From Eledone cirrhosa (taxonomy: Eukaryota): a stretch of DNA of 64,000 nt. The notes beneath the pieces are model-generated. The model was not told the DNA's origin. It saw nothing but the letters and a program-made list of their open reading frames with translations, and did no database searches. The DNA lies in contig CAXHJY010001737.1 of NCBI GenBank assembly GCA_964016885.1, positions 112,046 through 176,045 of the forward strand. Reading direction: 5' to 3'. This document shows positions 1 through 13,857 of this stretch, piece after piece (position 1 is the first letter of the stretch; each line of letters starts with the position of its first letter). Both the position numbers and the translations under genes were made by a program.

Positions 1-4
1 AACA

Positions 5-1396
5 ATGGGCTCTAACGATTCGGCGGAAATAACTGATATTGTGGGGTTATTTATCGCCTTTAGACTCCAGGAAAAATTCAGCAATCTCCACGGCGGAATA
101 TACCGCGACGATGTTCTCCTCCTAGCTAAAAACCTTAATAACCAAAAACTAGAAAAACTACGCAAAGATATAAGAAAACTACTACTCGAAATAGGACTAA
201 CTATAACATATGAATACAACCTTAAAGTAGTTAACTTCCTGGATGTCACACTCAATTTAAACTCTGGTTTGATTAAACCGCTTCATAAATTGAATGAAAA
301 TCTCAAATACGTAAATGTTGGGTCTAACCACCCCATCTCTATAATTAAATCTATCCCTAAAAATATTTCCCTTAGAATCTCGGGTCTATCTTCTAACATA
401 CAAGTATTTAAGGAACACGCCGAGTACTACGATAACGCCCTTAGTAAAGCAGGCTACCTCAACAAAATAGAGTACATAGATGGGAACAATCAAAACACCC
501 AAAATAAATCCCACATAGGTAGATATAATAACACAACACCAAACCACACTTACTACCATAGTATGCACACCAATAAACCAACAAACAAAACTAATAGAAA
601 GCGATGCAAAGAGTACTTATGGTATAACCCTGAATACAATAGCTCCATTAGTACAAATTTACCAGTACTCTTCTTTAAAATAATTAAAAGACATTTTCCC
701 ACATCACACAAATACCACAAAATCCTAAACCCTACCACTATAAGACTGTCATACTCTACAGCGTTAAACCTTGAACAACACATAAAAAAGATCAATACTA
801 GAAGGTTAAACGAAAACACTAAGAACTTAAGTACAAAGAACACAAAAAAAGCAGTAGACAATACACTACAGAACATAAATAAACCACACCTAAGTTCGTC
901 CGCAATACTACTCCAGAGAAAACCCAACGTACACAACTGTAACTGCACCTATCCTGACAACTGCCCCCTCGGCAATAACTGCCTGGAAAAAAATATTATT
1001 TATAAGTGTACCATTAAATCCGGAGGCAACGAGTGGTATTACGTGGGATCAACGGCAACATCGTTTAAATCTCGATTGTATAGGCATTCTTACTCAATAA
1101 AACACCAGAGCCAAAGAAATGTAACAACTTTAGCAGAAAAAGCTTGGACGCTCAGGGATAGCGATCAAAAGTTTACCCTAAAATGGGAAAAATTAGCTAA
1201 AACCCAAAGCTTTTCCAGGAGCCAAAATTTCTGCAAATTGTGTAATCTTGAGATTTATTACATAATCACGCACAAGAAGAAACTGCTGAATAACAGAATT
1301 GAACGAACATTATTCTGCCGTCACAGAACTAAAACCCTTTTTTTCCCACTACAAGCCGAATATTACATAAAAGAGGGACATCCCCCAACTATATAA
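5..1396 (+). CDS. Penelope-like element ORF, 5'-truncated by the window edge: RT C-terminal half, thumb, CxCx5C linker and C-terminal GIY-YIG endonuclease
   Basis: RT motifs MGSNDSAEITDIVGL, GIYRDD and VNFLDVTL. Linker CNCTYPDNCP. GIY-YIG-like IIYKC...YVGSTATSFKSRLYRH, then CKLCNLE. Confidence 0.93.
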   Translation: MGSNDSAEITDIVGLFIAFRLQEKFSNLHGGIYRDDVLLLAKNLNNQKLEKLRKDIRKLLLEIGLTITYEYNLKVVNFLDVTLNLNSGLIKPLHKLNENLKYVNVGSNHPISIIKSIPKNISLRISGLSSNIQVFKEHAEYYDNALSKAGYLNKIEYIDGNNQNTQNKSHIGRYNNTTPNHTYYHSMHTNKPTNKTNRKRCKEYLWYNPEYNSSISTNLPVLFFKIIKRHFPTSHKYHKILNPTTIRLSYSTALNLEQHIKKINTRRLNENTKNLSTKNTKKAVDNTLQNINKPHLSSSAILLQRKPNVHNCNCTYPDNCPLGNNCLEKNIIYKCTIKSGGNEWYYVGSTATSFKSRLYRHSYSIKHQSQRNVTTLAEKAWTLRDSDQKFTLKWEKLAKTQSFSRSQNFCKLCNLEIYYIITHKKKLLNNRIERTLFCRHRTKTLFFPLQAEYYIKEGHPPTI

Positions 1397-1637
1397 ACCT
1401 TAATCTAGTTAGAAAAATATAAAAACAATCTCTTCTCAACATATATTAATAACCTTAAATTACCATACTAATAATGGAAAGATATGCTGATGAGAATAGG
1501 TACAAATATGCGATAATGAATGTGTCTAAAAACGTCCATAAGTATGTATATATATGTGAAAATGTATATAAATAAGTAAATATATATATATGTTTGATGT
1601 GTATAGTTAGATGTAAGTGTATTCATGTATTAAAGTG

Positions 1638-1680
<43 letters not shown>

Positions 1681-2227
1681 ATGTATGTATGTGTATATGG
1701 ATGTGTATGTATGTGTATGTGTGTACACATGGACTAGAGTATGTATGTATATATGTGTGTGTCTATACGTGTGTATATAAAGATAAGTTGAGTATGAAAA
1801 TGTATACACATGAGCGCGTATGTATGTACATGAATACATGTGTGTATATATATGTGTATGCATGTGTATATATATGTAAGTATGAATATGTGAATTGTGA
1901 GTATATGTATTTGTGTGTGAATGCGTGGGTGAAAGGATACGTACACTTGAAAGAAAAATTTAAGTCTGAATGTTAATTAAGTGCAAACACAAAACCAACC
2001 ACGCATATCTTTACTATCTCTAATCCTTCTATAGATTTAGAAAAATAACCAATAATATATTCTATAAAAAATGTCAAAACAACAGATGGGAATCTAATTA
2101 CTCACTGCCACCAAGAATTCTCACTGCTATCGAAAAACCACTCCACCACTCCTTCAACTATTCCTCTAACAACTTCACCCCTCCCTCCTAATATTCTCTA
2201 TAAAAACTAAATAGGTCCTCAGTAATA

Positions 2228-2347
2228 TTATTCTGATGAAATGACAGTAAATAATAACATTGAAATATTGAATGTCTGCATAACTAAAAGTTTGTAGATA
2301 GCAGCTGTTTTAGGTTATGTAACTGTTATAGAAACACGTGTCAATAA
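2228..2347 (+). ncRNA. Type I hammerhead ribozyme with extended stem II
   Basis: Stem I TTATT/AATAA. CTGATGA at 2233-2239. Stem II base ATGACAGT/ACTGTTAT within a ~90-nt stem II domain. GAAAC-ACGT-GTC at 2331-2342 (palindromic ACACGTGT stem III). Confidence 0.8.
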
Positions 2348-2497
2348 ATTCCTTTCAACTAAACTGTATCCATTCAAATCTTTCTATTTTTCTCCGGATT
2401 ACTTTTGGAACTACAACTGGAACCGTCGAGCAAACTCTACGTGAGCTGATAATCTACTGTATGTAATATTTATATTACAACACAACGGAAAATACTG

Positions 2498-2528
<31 letters not shown>

Positions 2529-2629
2529 GAACTGCTTTGAGGGAGCTTTGATAGGCATCGGTGAGGATCGAACACGTTTATCTGCTTGTTTAATCCTGGA
2601 GATAAACATCTCGTGTAAATTGAATATAT

Positions 2630-3740
<1,111 letters not shown>

Positions 3741-4093
3741 CTATTGTGGAAAACACAGATAAAAGAAGCCAAGACGAAATATGGCACGTAGTTACACATC
3801 ACACAGACATACACACGTATACACACGTATACACAAACACTCAGAGACACCAAGGTACACACGTACACACATGTAGACATACACACTCGCAATCTTTTTA
3901 ATCCCCTCTCCCTTTCTCTTCATAGACACATATGTGTGTGTGTGTATATATATGTGTGTGTGTGAGTGTCTCTCTCTCTCTCTATATATATATATATAAA
4001 CATATGTGTGTGTGTTTGCTGTTTGTATATATGTGTGCATGCCCGAATTTACACATACAAGCACACAAACATGCACATAAATATACACAAGCG

Positions 4094-4174
<81 letters not shown>

Positions 4175-4484
4175 TATATATATATAAAGTATATATATAT
4201 AAAGTATATATATATATATATACCATGAATGTTACGTACTGCACTGTCATATCGATCAGAAATCGATTGCTGACATCTGTGAAAATGTAGCAGAAACAAA
4301 AGTTCGAAGTTACAAATATAAAAAAAAATAACTAATAATAATATTAATAATAAGATATAAAAAAATAAATAAATTAAGAATGAAAATCATCAGGTCACCC
4401 CCACCCCAACTACACCAGCCCCACCCCACCACACTCCATCCCACTTCTCACCCCAAAAAATGTTAAACACCGCAGGAATCGATA

Positions 4485-5125
4485 ATAGAACAACAACATC
4501 AACACCAACAACAACATCAACACCAACAACAACATCAACAACAACAATAACATCAACAATAACAACAACAACACCATCATCATCAACCAGAACAATATCA
4601 ACAATAAATTCATCACCATAAATAATATCTACCAGAACAACAACAACGACAATAACAACAATAACAACAGCAAAACAAACAACTTCAACAACAACAACAA
4701 CAACAACAACAACAGCATCAACCACAACCACAACAACTACCACAACAATCACAACAGCAATAATAACAATAACAAGAACAACAACAACTGCCGCCGCAAC
4801 AACAGCAACAAAAACCACAACAACAAACAACTACTACCAGAACAACAACGACAACAACCACTATCACCACTAACAGTACCACAACCACAGTAACAGCAAC
4901 CATCACAACAGTCATTACAACAACAACCACCACAATAACAACAACAACCACCACGATAACCATAATCACTACAACAACAACCACCATAATCACAACAACA
5001 ACAACAACTACCACCACACCACCACCACCACAACAACAACCACAACAACAACAACCGCCACAACAACAACCACCAATACAAGAACAATCATAACAACAAC
5101 AACAATAATAATGATGAAAACAATA
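4485..5125. repeat. Degenerate (CAA)n/(CAC)n trinucleotide tract
   Basis: Read directly from the sequence. Confidence 0.95.
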
Positions 5126-5588
5126 AAAAATAGGTTTAAAAAAAACAAAATGTCTCCCTTCGAGAAAAATACATCGGAAATCGGAGAACTCGTTAACACT
5201 ACTTCCGGTTGCCCCATTTCCATTTCCGTTTCATGAAAAAAATCATAGATGTCAAAATTTATAGGACATCTACTTGCTGGAATCAACTAAATATACTCTA
5301 TACCCACGTATTTTACTGGTATGTAACTCGAGTCGGGTATAGGGATTCTGTATAGTCGGCCGCTTAAGTCCGCGAGAAATGAAAACTAAATATTTCCCAG
5401 ATAATAACTTATTGTCTTATAAAATATGATCTGGTGGGGATGGACATACTTGGTGACTTAGTTACTGCTATAGTCGTAAGGGTGCTATCATGACACAGCG
5501 TGTCATAGGTATTTTAACCCGGCGGAACCCATCCCTCTCAAGGTCGGAACACAACCCACTCCACCATTCCTTTCTTCTAGAGAGAGGA

Positions 5589-5678
<90 letters not shown>

Positions 5679-5725
5679 AATCACTCTCTCTCTCTCTCTA
5701 TATATATATATTTATATATATATGA

Positions 5726-5918
5726 TATTTAATATAGAAATGTCTTCTACAGGATTAGAACTGTTTCATTCGAAGGAAATCATCATGGCTCTCCTGATGG
5801 TTTACTTCGAATGAAACAGTTCTCGTCCTGTAGAAGCCATTTCTATATTAAATATTGTATATACTCTACTATGCATTGAGTAGCTTACTGTGGTTACCCA
5901 CGATTGAACCTGGGATAC
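5726..5918 (+). mobile_element. Palindromic HHR-derived short element, family C (ggcttc...gtagaagcc)
   Basis: Inverted arms ~5726-5786 and ~5794-5855. Right arm ggctctc-CTGATGG-tttacttcgaat-GAAAC-AG..CT-GTA-gaagcc is a mutated HHR. Homologous to 29507-29712, 46607-46737 and 55081-55410. Confidence 0.7.
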
Positions 5919-5978
5919 ACACAACACAACACACACGCACATATATATGTATACACACATATATATACATACGTACAT

Positions 5979-6056
<78 letters not shown>

Positions 6057-6082
6057 GTTAAAAGCTTAATAGAGTCAGAAAA

Positions 6083-6121
6083 ATTGTTAACATTTCGGAC
6101 GTTGGACCTTCATCGGACAAT
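6083..6121 (-). ncRNA. Decayed minimal hammerhead motif
   Basis: Minus strand attgt-CCGATGA-agg..cc-GAAA-TG-TTA-acaat. Stem I has 5 bp; the core has a U-to-C change. Confidence 0.45.
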
Positions 6122-6633
6122 AGAAGAAGAAATAGGAAAGATCAGAGTAAGAGAAAGAAAAAACGGAAAACATTTTTTCACGGGAGAAAAGGGGTGTATT
6201 GATCCCTTGATCCCCCATCTCTCTCCCTCTTTATATATATATATATATATAGTGAAAAATAAAAGTGTTGAACAAACGAACAACGATGGTTGCTAGACAC
6301 TACGGCTTAATACGGGATGTTTGTTTACAAACACACCGAGCATTATAATAAATGTTCGGTGAATCCATACGTACATATATATATGTGTGCATGTATGTAT
6401 ATATATATATACATACTACTGTACGTCTGTATACATATATGTATGTACGTGTACATACTTATATTTAAGTAACAGCCGTACTAAGAGTGGGAAATGAAAT
6501 TTCGTTTCATTTTTTCCGTTTATCGTTTTCGGTGCACCCGGCCGATTAACCCACTCGATATGCAAATTGGGCTATTCAGCCGTTAATATGCATAAGGTAA
6601 GTATATACGTTCAACAATCTGGCAGGAAGGTAT

Positions 6634-6676
6634 ACGTTGCTGACGATAGCTAATAAGCTTGAAACTAGTACAGCGT
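6634..6676 (+). ncRNA. Minimal type I hammerhead ribozyme (family A)
   Basis: ACGTTG-CTGACGA-t-AGCT-aata-AGCT-t-GAAAC-TA-GTA-CAGCGT, with palindromic stem III ACTAGT. Confidence 0.9.
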
Positions 6677-7055
6677 TCCTTTGTCAGTGTTGAACAAACG
6701 AGCAACGATGGTTGCTAGACACTACGGCTTAATACGGGATGTTTGTTTACAAACACACCGAGCATTATAATAAATGTTCGGTGAATCCATACGTACATAT
6801 ATATATATGTGTGCATGTAAGTATATATATATACATACTACTGAACGTCTGTATACATATATGTATGTACGTGTACATACTTATATTTAAGTAACAGCCG
6901 TACTAAGAGTGGGAAATGAAATTTCGTTTCATTTTTTCCGTTTATCGTTTTCGGTGCACCCGGCCGATTAACCCACTCGATATGCAAATTGGGCTACTCA
7001 GCCGTTAATATGCATAAGGTAAGTATATACGTTCAACAAACTGGCAGGAAGGTAT

Positions 7056-7098
7056 ACGTTGCTGACGATAGCTAATAAGCTTGAAACTAGTACAGCGT
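7056..7098 (+). ncRNA. Minimal type I hammerhead ribozyme (family A, second monomer)
   Basis: Identical to 6634-6676, 422 bp downstream. Confidence 0.9.
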
Positions 7099-7330
7099 TC
7101 CTTTGTCAGTGTTGAACAAACGAGCAACGATGGTTGCTAGACACTACGGCTTAAGACGGGATGTTTGTTTACAAACACACCCAGCATTATAATAACTGTT
7201 CGGTGAATCCATACGTACATATATATATGTGTGCATGTATGTATATATATATAAATACTACTGTACGTCTGTATACATATATGTATGTACGTGTACATAC
7301 TTATATATATATATATAAACACATAAGCAT

Positions 7331-7428
<98 letters not shown>

Positions 7429-7450
7429 ATATATATAAACACATAAGCAT

Positions 7451-7492
<42 letters not shown>

Positions 7493-7502
7493 ACATAAGC
7501 AT

Positions 7503-7533
<31 letters not shown>

Positions 7534-7930
7534 AGACACAGACAAAGAAAAGCGACGCAATATAGAATAAAAGTAAAGTTGGTCTGCGTAAAAATGTTTT
7601 CACTAAAATGATTTCTCCCCCGCAAACTTGATCATCGTTGCCGACATTTTGTTACTTCGATTAGCTTTTCCGCCATTTTCTGTCCAAATAATTTCCTCTC
7701 TATCTCCTTTTTTCATCCCCATATATATATATATATAACTATTTATAATATATATTCTATTTGCACCCACACTCCAGTGTATATATATATAAATATATGT
7801 ATATATATATATTATATAAATATATATATATATAAAAATATATATATATATATATAATAAAAAATTGAACAGGGACAGAACAGAGAGGCAGTACGACAAA
7901 TGTTTATTAGCTTCACGCTCAGGAGAGTGG

Positions 7931-8028
<98 letters not shown>

Positions 8029-8179
8029 TATGTATATATATACACCATGTCTATAACTAGCAAACCCCGCTCCACATTTAATGGTCACCATCATCATCAT
8101 CTCCGCTTTATTCAACACGACAACGCTAATAGCTCTGCTCAATTTGTATATATACATATATATATACACATATATATAC

Positions 8180-8286
<107 letters not shown>

Positions 8287-8878
8287 CATATATATACATT
8301 CATATATATATATATATATATATGTGTATATATACATATATATATATGTTTATATACACACATATATATATATATATATATATTAGAAAGATCGAGTATC
8401 GAAAAATCGGCGCACGAGTTAACGAAAAACGAAATCCGATATGAGCGGCAGAGGGCTCAATAATTCAGATGAATCAGAGCTATAACTATCGTTAAAATAC
8501 CGTCACATATAGAACAAGTCTACAATCAACCATACGATTTAAAATCGATAAAGGAAGATTCGGGCCAAACAAATAAAAAATATCAATAAAACAATACGTC
8601 AATAATTTAAATGAATGTAAAATCATACCCGGACCCACTAGAAAGGTGTTAAATCTAGCTTCATGGGTTTCTGTAAATCCTTAGACAGTACTCTATCAGC
8701 TCACATATAAATATAAAAGCCTACTAGAATAAGTGGAATGGAGTTTACGTCGTCAACGAGTTTTATCCTGGCGGCAAAGGAGTCAACTAGCGGTGAAAAA
8801 CGCACATGGCATTAGACAAGGGAGATGACCCCTATATCCGCGAAAATAATTCGAGTGAATGTGGAAATACACATATCG

Positions 8879-8913
<35 letters not shown>

Positions 8914-9014
8914 TGCGATATTTCTCTTTTGGAGATGTGGGGTTGTGAGTGAGGGTGTGAGATAGAGAATAGGTGTGAGAGGTAGAGAGACTGCGAAAGA
9001 GAGAGAGAGAGAGC

Positions 9015-9062
<48 letters not shown>

Positions 9063-9294
9063 CGTAGATAGAAAGAGAGAGGGGGAAGAGAGAGAAGCGT
9101 TTATTCATTCTACTAAATAGTAATCCAACCCATGATAATAATAATAATAATCGTAACAACAACAACAACTAAAGTATTATTATTGCAGCTAAGTGTACTT
9201 ACACTATACAATAGAAGCAACAACAATAGCAACAACATCAACATACACACATATATAAAACTGCACATACCCAAGGCAGACACATCTGTATTCG

Positions 9295-9800
9295 GCAAGA
9301 AGAAGAAGGAGAAGAAGAAGAAGAAGAAGAAGAAGAAGAAGAAGAAGAAGAAGGAGAAGGAGAAGAAAAAGAAGAAGAAGAAGAAGAAGAAGAAGGAGGA
9401 GAAGAAGAAGGAGGAGAAGAAGAAGGAGGAGGAGGAGAAAAAGAAGAGAAGAAAAAGGAGAAGAAGAAAAATAAGAAGGAGAAGGAGAAGAAGAAAAAGA
9501 AGAAAGGAGGAGGAGGAGGAGGAGGAGGAGGAGAAAAAGAAGAGAAGAAAAAGAAGAAGAAGGAGAAGAAGAAGGAGGAGAAGAAGTGGGAGGAGGAGAA
9601 GAAGTGGGAGGAGGAGAAGAAGAAGAAGAAGAAGAAGAAGAAGGAGGAGGAGGAGAAAAAGAAGAGAAGTAAAAGAAGAAGAAGGAGAAGAAGAAGAAGG
9701 AGGAGGAGAAGGAGAAGAAAAAGAAGAAGGAGGAGGAGAAGGAGAAGAAGAAAAAGAAGAAGAAGGAGGAGGAGAAGGAGAAAGAGAAGACGAAGAAGAG
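9295..9800. repeat. (GAA)n/(GGA)n polypurine tract
   Basis: Read directly; it produces the spurious poly-K/R/E ORF. Confidence 0.95.
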
Positions 9801-9842
9801 GACAACAACAACAATAATAATAATCATAATTTTCTCTACTCT

Positions 9843-10006
9843 TGACACAAGGCCAGCAATTAACCAGTGTATTACTGGTACTTTATTTTATCGACCCCGT
9901 AAGGATGAAAGGCAAAGTTAACCTCAGCGGGATTTGAACTCAGAATGGCAAGGGCCGTAACTCTATGCGTCAAAGCATGGCGTCCGACCCTCTACCGATA
10001 CTGCCA
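9843..10006 (-). mobile_element. tRNA-derived SINE (family also at 44283-44472)
   Basis: Minus strand has A-box-like tggcagtatcgg, B-box gagttcaaatcc and core ctttgcctttcatccttacggggtcgataaaataaagtaccag. Confidence 0.7.
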
Positions 10007-10022
10007 AAAACCACACACCTAT

Positions 10023-10064
<42 letters not shown>

Positions 10065-10069
10065 GTGTG

Positions 10070-10135
<66 letters not shown>

Positions 10136-10163
10136 TATATATAGGCGTATCATATAGGTGTGT

Positions 10164-10221
<58 letters not shown>

Positions 10222-10249
10222 TATATATAGGCGTATCATATAGGTGTGT

Positions 10250-10289
<40 letters not shown>

Positions 10290-10561
10290 TATATATAGGC
10301 GTATCATATAGGTGTGTATCATATATATATATACATATATATATATATACAGAGAGAGAGAGAGAGTGTGAGAGCGAGCGAGAGAGAGAGTGAGAGAGGA
10401 AGGCAGATAGATAGTGTGATTCAATGTGTGTGTGTGAGTGTGATTAACGCATGAATACGTATTACATATTCCTGTTAGTGACTGAGTATATTAGCGTTGT
10501 TATTTCTATTTCTGACTAAGAAATTACTTTTTGTGAGTGTACACACACACACAGACACACA

Positions 10562-10633
<72 letters not shown>

Positions 10634-10694
10634 AATATATATATTTATACACACCCACCCATATATACATATATATATTCATATATAAGTACAC

Positions 10695-10776
<82 letters not shown>

Positions 10777-10789
10777 ATATAGAGAGAGA

Positions 10790-11372
10790 TATGTATGTAT
10801 ACGTACATACATATATGTATACAGACGTACAATAGTATGTATATATATACATACATGCACATATATATATATGCACGTATCGGTTTACCGAACATTTATT
10901 ATAATTTCGTTTCATTCTATTCCATTTATCGTTTTCGGTGCGCCCGGCCGACTAAACTCACTCGATATGCAAATTAGGCTGCTCAGCGGTTAATATGCAT
11001 AAGGAAAGTATATACTTTCAGACGTTCAACCATCTGCCAGGAAGGTATACGATGCTGACGATAGCTAATAAGCTTGAAACTAGTACATCGTTCCTGTGAA
11101 AGTGTTGAACAAAAAGGTGACGTGGTTGGCTAAACACTGTACGGCGTAATTCGGGCTGTTTGTTTGTTTACAAACAAACCGAGCATTATAATAAATGTTC
11201 GTAAACCGATACGTGCATATATATATGTGTGCATGTATGTATATATATATACATACTACTGTACGTCTGTAAACATATATGTATGTACGTATACATACAT
11301 ACATACTTACATTTAAGTAACTGCCGTACTAAGAGTGAGAAATGAAATTTCGTTTCATTCTATTCCATTTAT
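10790..11372 (+). mobile_element. Family A retrozyme-like copy with inverted 5' segment
   Basis: About 10790-10905 is the reverse complement of ~11185-11300. The rest is a diverged ~1.1-monomer forward copy. Confidence 0.8.
11049..11091 (+). ncRNA. Minimal type I hammerhead ribozyme (family A variant)
   Basis: ACGATG-CTGACGA-tagctaataagctt-GAAAC-TA-GTA-CATCGT. Stem I shows a compensatory change relative to the 6634 copy. Confidence 0.9.
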
Positions 11373-11406
11373 ATATATATATCATATATATATATATATA
11401 TATAAT

Positions 11407-11466
<60 letters not shown>

Positions 11467-11539
11467 ATATATATACAAGAATACATACTCATGTACATAT
11501 ATATATTGTATATATATATGTCTAAGTCTAAAGTCTGTC

Positions 11540-11805
11540 TTAAGCCAGAAGGTTCATTTGGCCGGTGCTTATCCCGGTATCATGGCGTGAAGCAACTGAG
11601 AGTACAAGACACCCCCCTGGACAGGATGCCAGTCCATCACAGGATTAAACCTCCAGCTATTGATGGTACTCATTTTCAGCTGAGTATACTGGAGCAACAT
11701 GAAATGAAGTGTTTTGCTCAAGAACACAACACGCAGCCCAGGAATCGAACCCACGACATTATGATTGTAAGTCCAACACTCTTGCCACTAGGCCACCTGC
11801 CTCCA
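11540..11805 (-). mobile_element. tRNA-derived SINE
   Basis: Minus strand has A-box tggcctagtgg, B-box gggttcgattcc and core gtgttcttgagcaaaacacttcatttcatgttgctcc. Confidence 0.75.
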
Positions 11806-11830
11806 CTACGTATGTGTACACATACCCCCC

Positions 11831-11866
<36 letters not shown>

Positions 11867-11948
11867 TATGCAAATATTTAAGTATCCTTGTTTATATGTT
11901 TGTTTTTGTCGCTTTGGAGATTTATGTACTTACTTGTGTGTTTATGTA

Positions 11949-12053
<105 letters not shown>

Positions 12054-12130
12054 TAAGCAGAACAAGCAAGATTCAAACAATTCTTTAAAATAAATAAAAA
12101 AATATAATTTAAATATTTACCTATTCCAAT

Positions 12131-12214
12131 TGCTTTTACCGATCGGTTTCACTTCACAAAAGATTGGAGATCCATAGGGACCTCCAATGGAAAAGTTTAG
12201 ATCATCAGAAAGCA
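12131..12214 (-). ncRNA. Type I hammerhead ribozyme (singleton family)
   Basis: Minus strand TGCTTT-CTGATGA-[stem II with hairpin attggaggtcc/ggatctccaat]-GAAAC-CGATCG-GTA-AAAGCA. Stem III is the palindrome ACCGATCGGT; the stem II base pairs weakly. Confidence 0.75.
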
Positions 12215-12319
12215 TTTTCATTTCCTAGGACTAAAAGTCTCAGGAACGGCAAAATATATTGCCAACTGCCAGCTAGCACAGTATCGAATGGGGCCGAAAA
12301 TTTGACCTATGCATGAACC

Positions 12320-12410
<91 letters not shown>

Positions 12411-12415
<5 letters not shown>

Positions 12416-12468
12416 GTAAGTATGTATGTATACGTACATACATATATGTATACAGACGTACAGTAGCA

Positions 12469-12508
<40 letters not shown>

Positions 12509-13057
12509 TATACACATATGCATACAGGTACACATACATATATGCACGCATCAGTTTAGCCGACGTTTATTATAACGCCTGCTTTGTTCGTTTGTTTGTC
12601 AACAAATCGAACAGCCTGAATTTATGTATGTATACATACATACATAAATTTATGTACGTATACATACATACTTACATTTAAGTAAGTGCCATACTAAGAG
12701 TGAGAAATGAAATTTCGTTTTCATTTTTTTCAACTTATCGTTTTCGGTATGCCTGACCAATTTAACTCACTCAATATGCAAATTAGGCTGCTCAGCCGTT
12801 ACTTTTCATAAGGAAAGTATATACTTTCGAACGTTCAACTATCTGGCAGATGGGTAAACGGTGCTGATGATAGCTAACAAGCTTGAAACTAGTACATCGT
12901 TCCTGTGTCAGTGTTGAACAAAAAGGTGACGTGGTTGCCTTAACACCGTATGGCATAAATTCAGGCTGTTCGATTTGTTGACAAACAAACGAACAAAGCA
13001 GGCGTTATAATAAACGTCGGCTAAACTGATGCGTGCATATATGTATGTGTACCTGTA

Positions 13058-13133
<76 letters not shown>

Positions 13134-13248
13134 TGCTACTGTACGTCTGTATACATATATGTATGTACGCATACATACATACTTACATTTAAGTAAGTGG
13201 CATACTAAGAGTGAGAAATGAAATTTCGTTTTCATTTTTTTCAACTTA
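12411..13248 (+). mobile_element. Family A retrozyme-like copy with inverted 5' segment
   Basis: About 12411-12626 is the reverse complement of ~12954-13192. The forward part covers more than one monomer. Flanked by (TA)n. Confidence 0.8.
12857..12901 (+). ncRNA. Minimal type I hammerhead ribozyme (family A variant)
   Basis: AACGGTG-CTGATGA-tagctaacaagctt-GAAAC-TA-GTA-CATCGTT. Changes fall at N7, in loop II, or keep stem I pairing. Confidence 0.9.
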
Positions 13249-13270
13249 TATATATATATATATATATATA

Positions 13271-13474
13271 ACGAAGGAAATGTGGTAAGGAACCAGATGG
13301 ACCATAACGCACCAAAGTACTCAATACTTAAGGTAGTAGAGTGGGTAATAGGAACGAGTAGGACCCCGACAGCTGAGCTGAAGCCGTTTCGACGGCTAAT
13401 TCTGGACCAGAATTATATGGTCCAGAATTAGCCGTCGAAACGGCTTGAGCTCAGCCGTCGGGGTCCTACTCGTT

Positions 13475-13478
<4 letters not shown>
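13271..13478 (-). mobile_element. Palindromic half-hammerhead element, family D
   Basis: Inverted repeat ~13348-13478 containing GAAAC-GGCT-tgagctc-AGCC-GTC-ggggtcc. Copies at 46391, 46993 and 55447. Flanked by (TA)n. Confidence 0.75.
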
Positions 13479-13516
<38 letters not shown>

Positions 13517-13518
13517 GG

Positions 13519-13550
<32 letters not shown>

Positions 13551-13552
13551 GG

Positions 13553-13583
<31 letters not shown>

Positions 13584-13679
13584 GTGTGCGTGTATGTATA
13601 TATGGGTCAAGATTTTAACCAGCTTTAAACAAGTAAGACTATTATTCAGCTGAGTACTCGATACTTGGAATCTTTAGGT

Positions 13680-13767
13680 CACGGCTCTGATGAGGCGGCC
13701 TATTCACAGTAGGGAGTTTTACTGTTAGTCTGGAACTTGCTGTCGAAACGGTAAGAGCGCAACCGTG
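13680..13767 (+). ncRNA. Type I hammerhead-like motif with extended loop II
   Basis: cacgg-ct-CTGATGA-GGCGGC...GCTGTC-GAAAC-G-GTA-ag...ccgtg. Stem III is too short and stem I is bulged. Confidence 0.55.
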
Positions 13768-13857
13768 GAGCCCCGAATCACTCTTTGATAGTAGAATTGA
13801 TGTACTAAATATTATAGTCCTGTGAAGGTTCTGGTGTTAGTAGTGGTGGTAGTAATA

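Larger units (their letters stand above)
1..2500 (+). mobile_element. Penelope-like retroelement copy 1 (ORF, degenerate TA/TG tract, 3' hammerhead), ending in (TA)n
   Basis: ORF 5-1396, TA/TG tract ~1540-1925, HHR 2228-2347, then (TA)n from ~2498. The 3' boundary is approximate. Confidence 0.8.
6264..7305 (+). mobile_element. Retrozyme-like tandem array, family A: 422-bp monomer x ~2.5, one hammerhead per complete monomer
   Basis: Monomer starts at 6264, 6686 and 7108 and are near-identical. HHRs at 6634 and 7056. No coding capacity. Confidence 0.9.

Noticed and set aside
1488-1540. CTGATGA after the PLE ORF as another hammerhead
   Set aside because: No matching stem II/GAAA/NUH arrangement was found downstream. 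The same applies to tcatcag at ~2826 and ctatcag at ~8693.
5130-5570. CpG-containing unique stretch as a promoter (acttccgg ETS-like site)
   Set aside because: It is a single short motif with no associated gene; not supportable from sequence.
9132-9845. 237-aa K/R/E-rich, protamine-like ORF
   Set aside because: It is a pure (GAA)/(GGA) tract open in several frames, with no splice or domain evidence.
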